DNA of 64,000 nt, from positions 372,001 to 436,000 of the forward strand of contig JBHGNT010000027.1 of assembly GCA_043228905.1 (NCBI GenBank). Reading direction: 5' to 3'. Position numbers and translations under genes: made by a program. Source of the stretch: Azolla caroliniana. Lineage: Eukaryota > Plantae > Polypodiophyta. The notes under the pieces were generated by a model. The model saw only the letters and a program-made list of their open reading frames with translations, was not told the origin of the DNA and searched no databases. This document shows positions 51,949 to 64,000 of the stretch, piece by piece. Position 1 is the stretch's first letter. Each line of letters begins with the position of its first letter.

Positions 51949-53711
51949 ATAGGGCGACATAGGCTCCCATCCACACTCCACGTATAGACGCGAACCCCCT
52001 CGTAACCGTACGTGCGACTTTCACTGCATACGGCTTGCACGGACACTATTGAACCTATCTCATTATGAGGCCTTCCACCTCGATCTTCATTTTGGAAATA
52101 AAACTGCGGGCATCGCATCGGGGGCGCGCGCGCCCTCAACGTTCATTACGTTAAAGGAATGGCGCATAGCGCTTACCAGCCAGGGGCGGGGCTTCAGCCA
52201 CTCAACTGAAGGGAAGGCCGGCAGAAGGAACGCCTCTAGTAGCTCTCCCCCCATTCTCACCTTGTTCTAAGGACCACTTGTTCATGATGGTATTTGCATA
52301 AGGCTGAAGGCTTACGGTTTATAACCTATAAGTATCTAATAATCGGGTCGCTCTGCGGCGCCTTCGCTGCGGACACGATGGATTTCCACTGGTCCTGCGC
52401 ACCCACCGCTTCATCCGGGCATCGTTCATTAAGCGGCTTCATCGGCGCGGTTTTCATCATGCGGGCGTTCCGAGAATGCCTGCCTGCCGGGGGAACCGAG
52501 GCAGAAACCTTGGTTCCCCCTTGCTAACGTCAGGTATATGTTGAAGTGTCTTGCGAAACCTTATCAAATTCCGGTTAAGCGGGAGACTGCACTCTTTTTT
52601 GTTGTTCCGCCGCAAGCAAATACTGTCGACAGTATTTCAGGTGTAGATGGTTGCCCTTTCGTCTAGGGGCGAGGTAGGCCATCAGAAGGTCCGCGCGCGG
52701 GCGGCGCTCTCTGTAACTCTGCTGCTGGCTGGCTGAGAGCCAATCCATCTTCAGTTTTTCCTCGCTTAACACATTGATAATGCCAGTATCATATTGCCCG
52801 TATCGTGGGAATGATTTAATAGGAGAACGCCGCCGGCCCGGCCCGGCCCGGCCCGGCCCGGCCCGGCCCGCCGCAAGGTTGGTTTGAAGAACGAAGGTTC
52901 TACAAAATAGAGAGCAAAGAATACGTACATATTCATATGTACATAGATATATCTATATAAGTGGATCGAATATCTTGTTTGACTGAAAAGTTTTACGAAT
53001 CTTTCTCTCTCTTCTCGGAAGATTGAAGTTCTGAATAATTTCCCGTGGCAGGGGTGGGGTGTGATCATCGGATGTTTCCGTAAGCAGTAAACAGCAAATC
53101 TTTATCCAAGACCATGTATTGGATAAAGCTGATAGTGCACGTGATCGGGGCCGAAGGCCTGATTCGTTTGGTAGATTTGGTCAAGGTTGTTGCGTACCCC
53201 GGAGCGATCCGTAAGTGGTGTACGGAAGTTCCTACGATCGAGTGTTCCTAGCCCCTGTGAACATTTTGGTGAATGTCTTAAAGAGGGCCTCTCTAACCGG
53301 TAAGGTGGGTGTCCACTTACTTCGGCCATTCCTGGCTTGTCTTCGATAACGCCTATCCCGGGAGAAGTCGGGACAAGGGCACTTGAGGGATCCTCGGCGG
53401 GACCCAGGAGAACATGTAGCGCTGGGTTGGGGTTTAGTGAACCAACTAAGGTCGCTCCTTTAGTTGAAGTATTGGGCTTCTTCGCACCCTCCCGTTGTCC
53501 TTGCTGGGTTACACTCTCTCTCGGGACCCTCCTCCAAGTATATTTCTTTCGCTCTACTTCTTCTAATCTTAACTTTACGCCGAGGACTCTTTCCGCCGCC
53601 ATGGAATGAGACCAGGAGAATCTCTATCCCAACCAGTGAGATGTCGCACATCGGAAATTAAGGCATAGCTCGTCGCCATCGCTGCCTATATCGGTAGTTG
53701 GCCAGTCGTAC

Positions 53712-54097
53712 CCAAACAATAATATTCCGGAGGAGAATGCACCTGAAATAGAATATTTTAGGCCGGCTTCCATGAAAAATTCAGAGTCTCTCTTCAAGGC
53801 TGCGATCACATGAAAACATGAACTTTAAGGCTCGATAGCTAAATACATGGCAATTGAATCGCAGGCCAAGACCATGAAAGGCATACTGCGAGTGGAAGGT
53901 AAAGTTAATACAATGGATTCAGAAGCATTCAACCTCTCCCGTTTAAAATAATCCAAACACGTAACAATAGTACTAGCCGTACTTAATAGTGGCAATATTT
54001 CGCGAAAATATGTCGAATTGTCTTTCATACCATTATTATATGGTAGATTAGCAAACGTTATGGGTGCGCCAGCGGCGACCGGTACGATGGTTATTAG
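53712..54097 (-). CDS. nad2: nad2 exon 2, copy 2
   Basis: Copy of 22907-23292. Confidence 0.92.
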
Positions 54098-55585
54098 AAA
54101 CCGATGGGGTAGGTCTTCCCTCTCTGGTCAGAACCACACGTGCAAGTTTCCCCGCATGTGGCTCGTTTGTGATGACTTCTGCTGGAGATTTACGGGAACA
54201 AGCGAACCTTTCAAATCGAACACTGGTTTATGTGTTCAGAGTACGTGGCTTAGTTGCCTGAATTCAAGTTCTATTTACTATGTCTAGACGCGAGTTCGCT
54301 TCAAAATTACCAACCGACCTTGCTTGTGTCCTTCATTCAGCAAAAGTTTCACCCACGCCCTTCACTCTACGAAAGAAGGCCGAAGGTCCGTATTTTGAAC
54401 CAAAGATTCCCGGACGATTATTTGACTACGGAAGTCCCGCTGGCTCCATTTGGCTTTCAGCGAGTTCGGGTCTCTGGAAGGCTAGCCGTGTTGCTTTACC
54501 ATACCGCACTACTCTAGGACTTATAGTGAGGCTCGTCAGGGGGGAATCCAGTCGCAATGCATCTTGCTCAGCGAGTCAAGCGTAGCTATCCACTTCTTTC
54601 TTGCTTGTTGGGGGAAGTATAGAATGTCTATTGTTGTGTGTCCAGGGCTTACGTTTAGGACAATCCTGGCTTGGCTTGGCTTGGCTTGGCTTGGCTTGGC
54701 TGGAGAAGTTTTGTTTGCGAGCGGCTCGACTTGCTAGTCTGACTACAAGAGTGACCTACTTACCACCACTGTATAGGTCGGAGAGCAAGTTCCGGAGCGT
54801 ATATTCTCTATGACTCACAGGAGTAGGTATCTCCATTTCGCCCATTCCATTTGCTAAGGTTCCATCGTCCGCCGGTTCCTCGGCTGTAGAAGTAGCCAGC
54901 CCCAAAGCAGCAAGCAGCTTACTCCAGTTGTCTCATATGAGATTCGGTCGGGAAATTTCCCAGTCTGTCAACTGCATTCTCCTAATTCGCTTATCCCACC
55001 ACGTACGATTTCTTTCTTTTTCGCTAGGTGTAGTACACCTGTCGGGGACGCTTCTGCGTGTCCGTTTACAGAATATCACACTATCATCTACCTCCCTTTC
55101 CTCGGAGCTCTTCATGGGGGCATTGTCGCATGCTCGACTTGGGTTGCCTGGTGTAATTTCCGGAGTACATTACGACAGGATCTTTCACCCGTACGGGCCA
55201 GCAAAGCCTCGATCTTTAAGGATTGGGCGGCTATGCTCTACTTATATTGAAGTCAATCTTTATAGAGTCCATTCGGGTGATCCCTAGGTTGCGCGTCTGG
55301 TAGTTGACTCGCCGTTTGGTACTGCGTACACAGAACCTGCTTATTACAGTTACTCTCGGAGGGTTGGTCGCACATGAATAATAGCGTTCGGACTCAAGTG
55401 CCTCCCGGAACATTCTACAAACTGGGGGAGTTACCTTGCTCCTGTTGCGTACGACTAGCCCTGCGGCGAGCGGATAGTCCCCATGCTATGGTTTTTGGCA
55501 GCAGTCCGATCCCTGCCAGTTAGGGAGTCCATCCGAGCGATGGCTTTCAACCCCCGCATCCCAGAACGTGCCTTCCTAGGCACAT

Positions 55586-55741
55586 AACACTAGGTAAACC
55601 GAGCCAACCCACGTTACATACTAGCAGTAGATAATCATATTATTTGAAAGTACTAAACAAAACTCCATGAATGGGCAAAATAATAGTTGCGTTAACAGGA
55701 AAGATCTCTAGAAGAAGCGCGAAAGAATCATGCTCAAATAT
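55586..55741 (-). CDS. nad2: nad2 exon 1, copy 2
   Basis: Copy of 24781-24936. Confidence 0.88.
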
Positions 55742-57309
55742 TCCTTTCAACGACTTCTAAGTCTGTTCGGTTTTTTCCCTTTTTCTCTCTCCTCCATATG
55801 CATGGGAGTTAAAGGTTGGTTCTTCAACAAGTCGCAGCAATGCAATGCAATGCAATGCAATGAAGGCCTTCGCTTTGTCTCGTCGACCGCAAACAAAGCG
55901 GCGATGGGCTGGCTTTCCGCGTTTCCGTAAAGAAAATCGAAAGAACTCTGATTGATTCTTATTCGTAGTTGGGATGCAGGGATAGATTTATTTCTTCCTC
56001 GAAGAACCGTACGAACGATTAGGCCGCTGCGATTTCCACACGCAGACACGCGGATTCAGCATGAAGGGCGGGCGATTTATTCCCCGATCGAACGAATGAA
56101 TGAATGAATGAATAGGGTGTCGTTCGCAATGACAAGGAACGTTAGCTGGAAACGCGGTCAACTAACGGGCACAAGTGCAATATTTTCATTTTGGTGTGAC
56201 TCTTGGTTGGAGAAGGCCACACCACAGTTGGTCTCTTCTCCATAAGCCGGACCGCCAACGTCAAGGCGAGATCACATTGGTCCAGTCCCCGCATAGCCAG
56301 TGGAAGGGTGAGGTGCATCCACTCAGATAGCATGGGGAGGTCGAATGACTGCGGCCACGTCAATCCGCTTCTTTTCTTTTCTTGTTGGGCCGCTAGCAAT
56401 TGTCTAGCTTCTGCTACCAACTCCCCCATCGGGCCGTCTGACTTTACCGTAGCCGATAAGTAGCGTTAATCGTCTTCATCGCGCTGATGAAGCAGCGGGT
56501 TCATCCACCACCTTGGTTCTTCCCCGCAAGCAACTTCCGCCGTATTATCCATAGCTGTTCATCAAGAAGGCCTAGAGTTAGTTTTCCGATAAGATTCAAG
56601 CTACAATTTCAAACAGCACCTTTTCTTCATGAAGCGCAAGAAAACTGCACTGCGGAAGAAGAAGAAGCGGTAAAAAGTGTAATATAAATGGCTACCAAAG
56701 TTCTTCTTTTGAACTTTCAAGAAGGCCTGAATATTCATGGATTATTATACGATAATCTTTAATGCGGCTCAGATTGCGGAAAGAATTGAATGCTGGAATT
56801 TCGAAATTCCGTTGGTAAAATTCAGAAGGATCATGCAAGAAGGCAATATCATCTTCTGGCCATAATCTGCGAATCCAGCAAAGCAAAGCAAAGCAGCACT
56901 TTTCTTTTCACTTTAAACCGAGCCGGCGGCAATCTTGATGAATCACTGGCAAGAAGATGCTTTGCACTTTTCTTTCCACTTTAAAGCAGCAATCTTTGAA
57001 CTCGGAAATGGCACTTTTCCCTGCAAGCCTGAAACGCACGCCTTCCCCAAAAGAAAAGCGGAACCACCTAACGAGTATTTTAAACAGCAAGCATGATGAA
57101 CCGGCATGTTCATCAAACCAAACAGGTTCTTCATGCATGCATGAAGGCCTTCATGATGATGAAAACCGCTTCATTGGAATGTCACCGTCTCATTGACAAC
57201 ACGAATGATAACGAATTGACAATATGAATAGTCACGTTAGTTTCCCATTCTTAAGCATGGATTATTATACAATAATCTTCATTTGCTTTTTTACTGTTGA
57301 CAACATGTA

Positions 57310-57383
57310 GTGCGGGGGCAGGGTTTGAACCCGCAGTCTTCAGGTCATGAGCCTGACGAGTTGGCCATTTACTCCACCCCGCA
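57310..57383 (-). tRNA. trnfM: tRNA-fMet(CAU), copy 3
   Basis: Copy of 26505-26578. Confidence 0.9.
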
Positions 57384-57748
57384 AGCAAGCAAGCAATTGA
57401 TCTCTCTCTAGCGAATCGGAATTTATTTTAGAAAAAAAGAAGCCGGCCAACTCCTATTCAATCTACTTGTGCGGGGGAATGTTTGCTTGCCCGCAGACCC
57501 AACTCCACGTGTTATTGATCGCATTTCCCGCTGTCCGTCCAAATGAACTTGCACTACTGGTTATTAAAGCAGCATTGATGTTACCTTAAAAGCAGCAAGC
57601 GCGCAAGAAAAGAAAAGAAAAGAAGCAAAAACTAGCACTCCCTTACCGGCTAGGTCTCTCCCGGCAGGCCACTGCCGCATTCCCAAAAAGCAATGTATGG
57701 GTTTCTTCCATCACGTCACTGTCGCATCGCTCGTGCTTCGCACTCGCT

Positions 57749-57836
57749 CGGAGGAAATGGGATTCGAACCCATGATACAAGAAGATTGTATGTTGATTTA
57801 GCAAACCAATGCCTTAAGCCGCTCAGCCATACCTCC
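57749..57836 (-). tRNA. trnS: tRNA-Ser(GCU)
   Basis: GGAGGTATGGCTGAGCGGCTTAAGGCATTGGTTTGCTAAATCAA...GGTTCGAATCCC, long variable arm. Confidence 0.93.
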
Positions 57837-57874
57837 GGTTGGGATGGGGGATTCATCAAGCCCCCATCCCGAAG

Positions 57875-57905
<31 letters not shown>

Positions 57906-58640
57906 CTACTTGGGCCAGCATGCACCTATTCTTTCTTTCTTTATCCCGACCGCTCGTCGGTTTACAATGAACTGATTTCGGATTCGGAGGGCTTCCGAGC
58001 CGCCTCGGCGGTTAGTACTAAAAGATCTGGGCGGCGTTAGTCGCCAAGGACTGGCAAAATTACAAAAGGATCTGGGCGGCATTAGTCGCCAAGGACTGGC
58101 CAAATCAGAATAGCAAAATTCTTGAACCATCTCCATCAGTTCAGGAACCACACATTTCTCCAGATCATCGTGACGTACTTCCACGTATCCACTTAAGAGG
58201 AAGTCTTTTCATAATAAATGACCCTCGAAACCGTAATCGGTTAATGTACGGCGTAAATCAGGATAATTAGGAGAATGTAAACCAGACGTATCCCGCACTT
58301 CTCGCTCCCACCGGCCGGCTGATAGGGATATACTGATTACCAAACTTGCAGAAGTGATTTCATCTACACCAATTCGTACACGAATGCATGGGTTATATCA
58401 AATGCTTGGTGAGTTATAGACTACTCCGAATCTTCATTTTTGAGAAGGATAATCAACTCCGCGAGTATCGATCGGAATTCCAAGACGTATATTGATATGA
58501 TACCTCGAAAACCACAGGAATTAAAATGGATAGTCCGGAGTGGCGCATAATATGCTTTCTTCCTTCGATGTTCAAAATCTATGTATCCGTTTGAAAACCG
58601 ATAGAACAGTAGCAAATTATTTAAGTGGACTGCAAGCCAT
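57906..58640 (-). CDS. nad9: NADH dehydrogenase subunit 9 (edited; start could be 58664 or 58682; true stop may be editing-created upstream of 57906)
   Basis: IDTRGVDYPSQK*RFGVVYN...AGRWEREVRDTSG...[35 protein letters not shown]...ASPW. Confidence 0.92.
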
Positions 58641-59299
58641 GATAAAGTTCAGGCAGGGTTTCATAAAAATCGTAGTGAGCATTGATTCTTTATAATCATG
58701 GCTGTTTAATCGGAGGGCTGAAACCTTAAGCGAAACCGCGTCGAGGCCGGTCATGAGATTCCGCCGTATCCCGGCAGCCTTATCATCAATTAAGGATCCC
58801 TACCCAAAGATTCTATATGCTTTTCGTTAGGGTTCCTTGATGGGCGGCTTTGGAATGCGTGCTGGCAACCGCTTCATCCGCGCCAAAGCGAAAAGGTTCT
58901 GGGGCCGTGGTGGGTTCGATTGATGGGCCAATCTTCTCAACTAGTTTTGTGCATATGAAGCAAACTTCTCATTCACAACGTTGGAAGATCGCATACCCGA
59001 GTACGGCGGCTGGGGGGGTTTGCTCTAAAGCCATTCCTACACCAAAAGAAAGGAGCAAGCCAAGGTTCTCATCACGGGCATCCCAGGGATTGTTATTATA
59101 CGATAATCCTTGCATCACTCGTGCGAATCGCAAAGCCACCGTTTCCGGATGAATCATGCCTGAACGAGCCAGTCAATAGGGCGGGTGAAAGTATTGAAGA
59201 ATCGTGAATTCATTTACCAAATTAATTGTCGACTTGCTGCTGAAGGCGGCGGCTTTAGGTTTTTTTTTCGATCAAATCGTGGATGGGGTATTCATGGCA

Positions 59300-59386
59300 A
59301 GGAAGGGGAGGGATTCGAACCCTCGGTAAACAAGAGTCTACATAGCATTTCCAGTGCTACACTTTAAACCGCTCGGCCACCCTTCC
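59300..59386 (-). tRNA. trnS: tRNA-Ser(GGA), plastid-type
   Basis: GGAAGGGTGGCCGAGCGG...TAGCACTGGAAATGCTATGTAGACTCTTGTTTACCGAGGGTTCGAATCCC resembles chloroplast trnS-GGA. Confidence 0.88.
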
Positions 59387-59639
59387 TCAGAGAGAGAAAG
59401 CCATGGAACAAAGGCAATTGCCAACGATCTTTCTATATACGAAATTTCGGGTTATAGAACAAATTTAGAATAATTCAGACCTCCGCCGGTGGTTAGAAGC
59501 TTACCTAGCGCTAACAGCGTCACAGGGACCAAATGCGGCCGGGTGAAGCCGGCGGTTCATGCGTTAGTGGACCGCAAACACAGATTAACTACATGGCCTA
59601 GCATTGGCAGGGACCCCTTCAAGTCGATAGCTTTTTGGC

Positions 59640-59676
<37 letters not shown>

Positions 59677-60305
59677 GGTATATTAAGAATACAGAGACGG
59701 AAATGGCAATAGGAGCGGAGAACGCTATTGCAGCATTGTAGGGACTACAACATTGTACGCAAGTTCGAATTGACAAAATCAAAGCCTAGCATGGTTTTTT
59801 GTCGAGGCTATGCTTCGTATCCTGAAACCCAAGAATCGGCGAAGAGAATCTTGAATTTCTCAGGCAGGATTTCATTTCTAGCGCGAACTGATCAGAAGCC
59901 CGCTACGGATAGACCGTCGCTGGGGCCGAAGATAATGGTGGTCCCGTCGAGGCCGAAGATGGTGGTCCCGGGCCGAAGGTGGTGGTGCCGCGCTGAGGCT
60001 TCTTTCATTTCCCGAGGAAGAGTTGTTGCCCTTCTTGCTGATTCGCTGGGGTTCAAGTCCTTATTACTACCGCTGCACGCGGCTGCGCATTGACTGTGAG
60101 CTCATTAGCCGGCAGCTAAGCAGCAATCACACATGGAGAAGACGTGCCAGACCCAGAGATACAAAGGCGTGCGTGCCCGCTTCTTCCGCCGCGCGCGCGC
60201 GCCGGTTCATCCCGGAGGAACCGCAGAGAAGAGATGCACCAGACCTTGCTTGAAAGTTGCAGCCAGCTAGAAAGCTAGAACCGGCCGGCAGAAAGCTGCC
60301 AACAG

Positions 60306-60338
<33 letters not shown>

Positions 60339-63300
60339 ATGCAGCCAGCAACAAAAATGCGCCAGACCTAGAAACCAAAGACGAGCAAAAAAAAAGAAAA
60401 GGACAAACGAGCAGATATGAACACGGCCAACAGAGGGTATAGCAGAAGCCGCCAGAAGCAGCGGATGACCTGTTTCTACAAAAAAAACAGCTGCATATAG
60501 CAGAAGCCACTTCCAGGAAGATGCGGTGTAGAGCTGAACTGCGGACGGAGCGTGAAGAATTGTGAAATTCGGGAAGAATCTGTTACACCAAGTATCAGAA
60601 TTACGAACACGAAAAGCAGCCAGCCGGACTGCAGCCATGCTGCGCACCTTTGGTGGAGCTGCGAGACAAACGTAAAGCGGCAGCTAACAGACTACAGTGA
60701 AGCTAGACTACAAGCCATTAGTAAACCCCGATGATTAGGTTCAGCTGTTGGCTGTGCCCGCGTATATCAATCCGTTTTTTCTGCTTGCTGTGATGCGGCA
60801 TGAAACGATGAACCACAGAGACGATTTGCCAGCCAAGCCAGCCAACCGGGAAGCTAAACTACGAACCAAGACCGTGCTCATCCCTGCTCGTTGCCGAAGC
60901 TAACATGCACTGATGAGGAGTTGAACCTTATGCAAGGAGCTCCGTTAGCTCTCAGTACATCAAAAGAAATCAGTAAAGTAAGTAGAGCTCTTGCTTGCCT
61001 AAAACACAAAAAACAAGGTAAACTTTAATATTGGAAATTATTCATGTTATCTTTTACGATTAATATCCTACCTTACTGATCCAATTCTTCTCTTTCCATT
61101 TCTTTCACTTTAGAAGCACCCGGTAGGGTCTTGTATCTACTAGAGCTAGACCTTTGACTTCTATCTGGTTCTTCCTCTTTCTTCTACTTTGCTTTATTTT
61201 AGAAGCACCCACCTGCTACTTCCGCCTCATTTACACTAAAAATAGTATGCCGGCGAACGTGGAAATTCAGCTTTCCGCCTCTGCCCTCGTAGGTGAATCG
61301 ATGGGCGGTAAATTGTCGTCTTCTGCGGCGGCCCGCATCATAGGCGCGTTGCTGCTTTCTGCGGCATCCTCGTAGGGTGAGTTGTGTTCTATGGTATACT
61401 GCGATATAGGTAAGGATTCTTCGGCCGAAATAATCTTATTGGATTATAAAACGCCGCATTAATTGTATAGCTCTGCGCCATTCGTATTTAGCGTAAGCTC
61501 CCTTCATCAGGGAGTCGAGTTCTTCAATCCGCTCAATATCTTCCGTACCCTCAGTCTGAGTTACACGCTCATTGATGTGCGGTTGATCTAATGCTTCAGC
61601 GGTGTCTGCTGTGCTTGCAGCACTTCCTCTTCTACTGACGATGTTGGTAAAATTAACGAATAGATAGTTATTGAGCCTTTGCATGTGCTTTTTTATTTAG
61701 TGTTTAGGTCTAATTAGTAGGCTAGGCGTTAACCTGCCCGAAGAGGTCAGACGTCCCTCTCCTGCTCGTTCTTCGTATCCATAACGATTTTGTTTCAAGT
61801 AAGGTTTTAGGGTTTAGTGAATGGGAATCCCTTTAGATTATAAATGTCCTGCGAGGCAAAAAACCTGGTGAAGCATCTGATAAAGCAGCTCATTTTTAGC
61901 TCATATTCTTCCTGGGCGAAGCGCCGCTCGTCTCATATTCTTTTATCCTCCCCTGAGTAGACTTCTACTAACTTCTTTTCTCTAAAAGGGAACAATTCGT
62001 TTGTGAGAATAGCCGTATTATTCTTTTTGGACGGAAAGACCTGCTTCACTGTTCCCGCTGTGGGATTGGCTTCGAGCTCTTCTTTCTTGCGCGGGCGGCT
62101 TAGGTGGAAGGTAAAGAGGGTCCCTTTCTGGTCATTCAATTTCTACCAAAAAGCAAGCAGCAAAGTAATCTATAAATTCTATCTAAGTTATAGGAGGAGA
62201 GACAGGTCGTTTTCCAGATCCTTCGACAACGAAAAGAATGGGGTTGAGAACTGCTGAATAGCTGGTTTGCCTGCACCGTACAGTTCTGGCTTTGACTTTC
62301 GGTCGATTCCCCATTACTGTAAACGTGGCGGAAACTGCCTGCGGTTAAGTGCCGGCACAGAACAAACATTTCGATGATAGAATGTCGGTTTAGTTTCCGC
62401 AGGCCATGCCGGTCGGATCGCCGTTCCGGCGGACCAAACCTGCCGTGGCTTTGCCTTTCCCTTTGCCTTTGAATCGAGTCTCGAAAGCAGCTATGAAACC
62501 GTGGGGGGCGACCCCTGCAGGACCTGTGCTGTAGGCCACCCCTAAAGCAGATAGAACCAGAATCGGATCGTGAAAGACTGATGGAACGAGTGACATGACC
62601 GAATGATTGTTTAGCTAGTGATAGATTTTACGGGTCTTAAACGTTGTATGCTTTCTTTTTGGGGTGTTGGAGTATTGAACTTTTATTTCCTCATCACCTA
62701 GCCCGGGATTTAGTGAAATTCTCCCTACACCTTGACTAAACGATCATTTCGAATGGACGACGCAGGAGAGGAGTCGCATCCTTTCTCCTTCCGTATCCGC
62801 TCTTGAAAATCACCGGCCCGCCCCTTCCACCCATCATAGTGCCCCCTCGTCCGTTACTTTACCTCAGTGCTCTCCTGCCCGCGTAACATTATGAAAGGGT
62901 TGAGAACAGCAACGGCGACGGTATAGCAAGAGAAAGCTAGAGAGAAAGGGCTATGGGAATGTGAAGGACTCCCTTCGTTGAAAAAGAAAGTGTCGATTGT
63001 CTATTCTTTAGGCACTCGCGGGAGACTAATCTCTCCTAGAGAACACGTGTGGGAAGTATTCGTTTCTAATAATCCCAAAGTCTTTAAGGTTTTGACCATT
63101 TTGTGTAACCATTAGGATGCTCCGAAAACACTGGAGTACAGGAAGGAAACACTGGTGTCAAAGCATTCTTTGGGAACCACATCCTGTTCTTCCTAGATGG
63201 ATGATTTGCCCCGTTTGATGCCGTCGTGTGAAAGTTGTTTTCATGATTTAGGAATTCAACTGATTTTAGGTAATCCATCTTTATGTGGCACGACATGAAA

Positions 63301-63520
63301 GGTGCTATGAAAAACACGTAACCGACCGAATTACGTGAAATGGATAAATCAATCTGGTTAGGGCATTCTTTAGAACTTACTTCAGGAAGAATCATCCAGG
63401 GCTGCGGTTGCGGTTTCTTCTTTCTTGTATTCATAACTTTTTTCTATTGCTTTTTCGGCGAAAAGGCAAGCAAGTTTTACCTGACTTAACTGAAAAGCCT
63501 AGAAGTGTTTGTAATGCACA

Positions 63521-63594
63521 GCATCCTTAGCTCAGTCGGATAGAGCAACAACCTTCTAAGTTGAAGGTCACAGGTTCAAGTCCTGTAGGATGCG
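63521..63594 (+). tRNA. trnR: tRNA-Arg(UCU)
   Basis: GCATCCTTAGCTCAGTCGGATAGAGCAACAACCTTCTAAGTTG...GGTTCAAGTCC. Confidence 0.93.
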
Positions 63595-63744
63595 GAAAGT
63601 GCACATTAGATTATATACCTACGGAATGCTTTGCCCTTGTTCAGGGCGGGCTAGCGGGTTCTTCCTTTCAACCGAACCTGCATCATGCTTCGGTCACTTT
63701 TCGCTATATTGGTATATGGGATTACTTGCCCCTTTTCACTTCTT

Positions 63745-63912
63745 TTTAAACAGCCATGATTATAAAGAACCAATCTCAGATTTTTATGAAACCCTGCCTG
63801 AACTGAACTTTATCATGGCTTGCAGTCCACTTGAATAATTTGCTACTGTTCTATCAGTTTTCAAACGGATACATAGATTTTGAACATCGAAGAAAGAAAG
63901 CATATTATGCGC
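63745..63912 (+). pseudogene. Diverged inverted copy of the nad9 5' leader and N-terminus
   Basis: Reverse complement of about 58542-58710 with a few indels; truncated after SILCA. Confidence 0.85.
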
Positions 63913-64000
63913 CGCTCTACCGTATGAAATGGAAAAAGGAAAGAAAGAGTATTATTCCAAAAAGGAAAAGAAAGTCATTTTTTAAAGATTACCGAATACA

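Larger units (their letters stand above)
38810..57444. repeat. 18.6-kb direct repeat copy 2
   Basis: Copy of 8004-26639. Confidence 0.95.

Noticed and set aside
59180-59245. Plastid rps4 3' remnant beside trnS-GGA
   Set aside because: Too degenerate to support by eye

Overview
Part of a land-plant mitochondrial genome, almost certainly a leptosporangiate fern. Protein genes contain many in-frame TAA/TAG/TGA codons at conserved Gln/Arg positions (U-to-C editing), ACG starts and CAA/CGA stops (C-to-U editing), and introns at the fern-type positions atp1i361, rps1i25 and nad2i156/542/709/1282. Genes read by hand: rpl6-rps13-rps11-atp1, nad2 (5 exons), cox3, rps1, an rps14 3' fragment, nad9, rrn5, rrnS, the 5' piece of rrnL, and about 11 distinct tRNAs, including plastid-type and chlamydial-type ones. 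Two large repeats dominate the window: an inverted repeat (1-8351 vs 25865-34210) and an 18.6-kb direct repeat (8004-26639 vs 38810-57444). The most notable item is the rrnL 5' exon running into a group I intron half (P1/P10 guide, P3-P7) that breaks off before S/P9, which points to a trans-spliced rRNA intron. Other items: editing-dependent gene architecture, a recurrent palindromic promoter-like motif, a tRNA-like element at the rrnL 5' end, a Bpu-like 36-mer, and repeat-copy differences at CTAG sites. All calls come from manual reading and recalled homologs; no searches were run.
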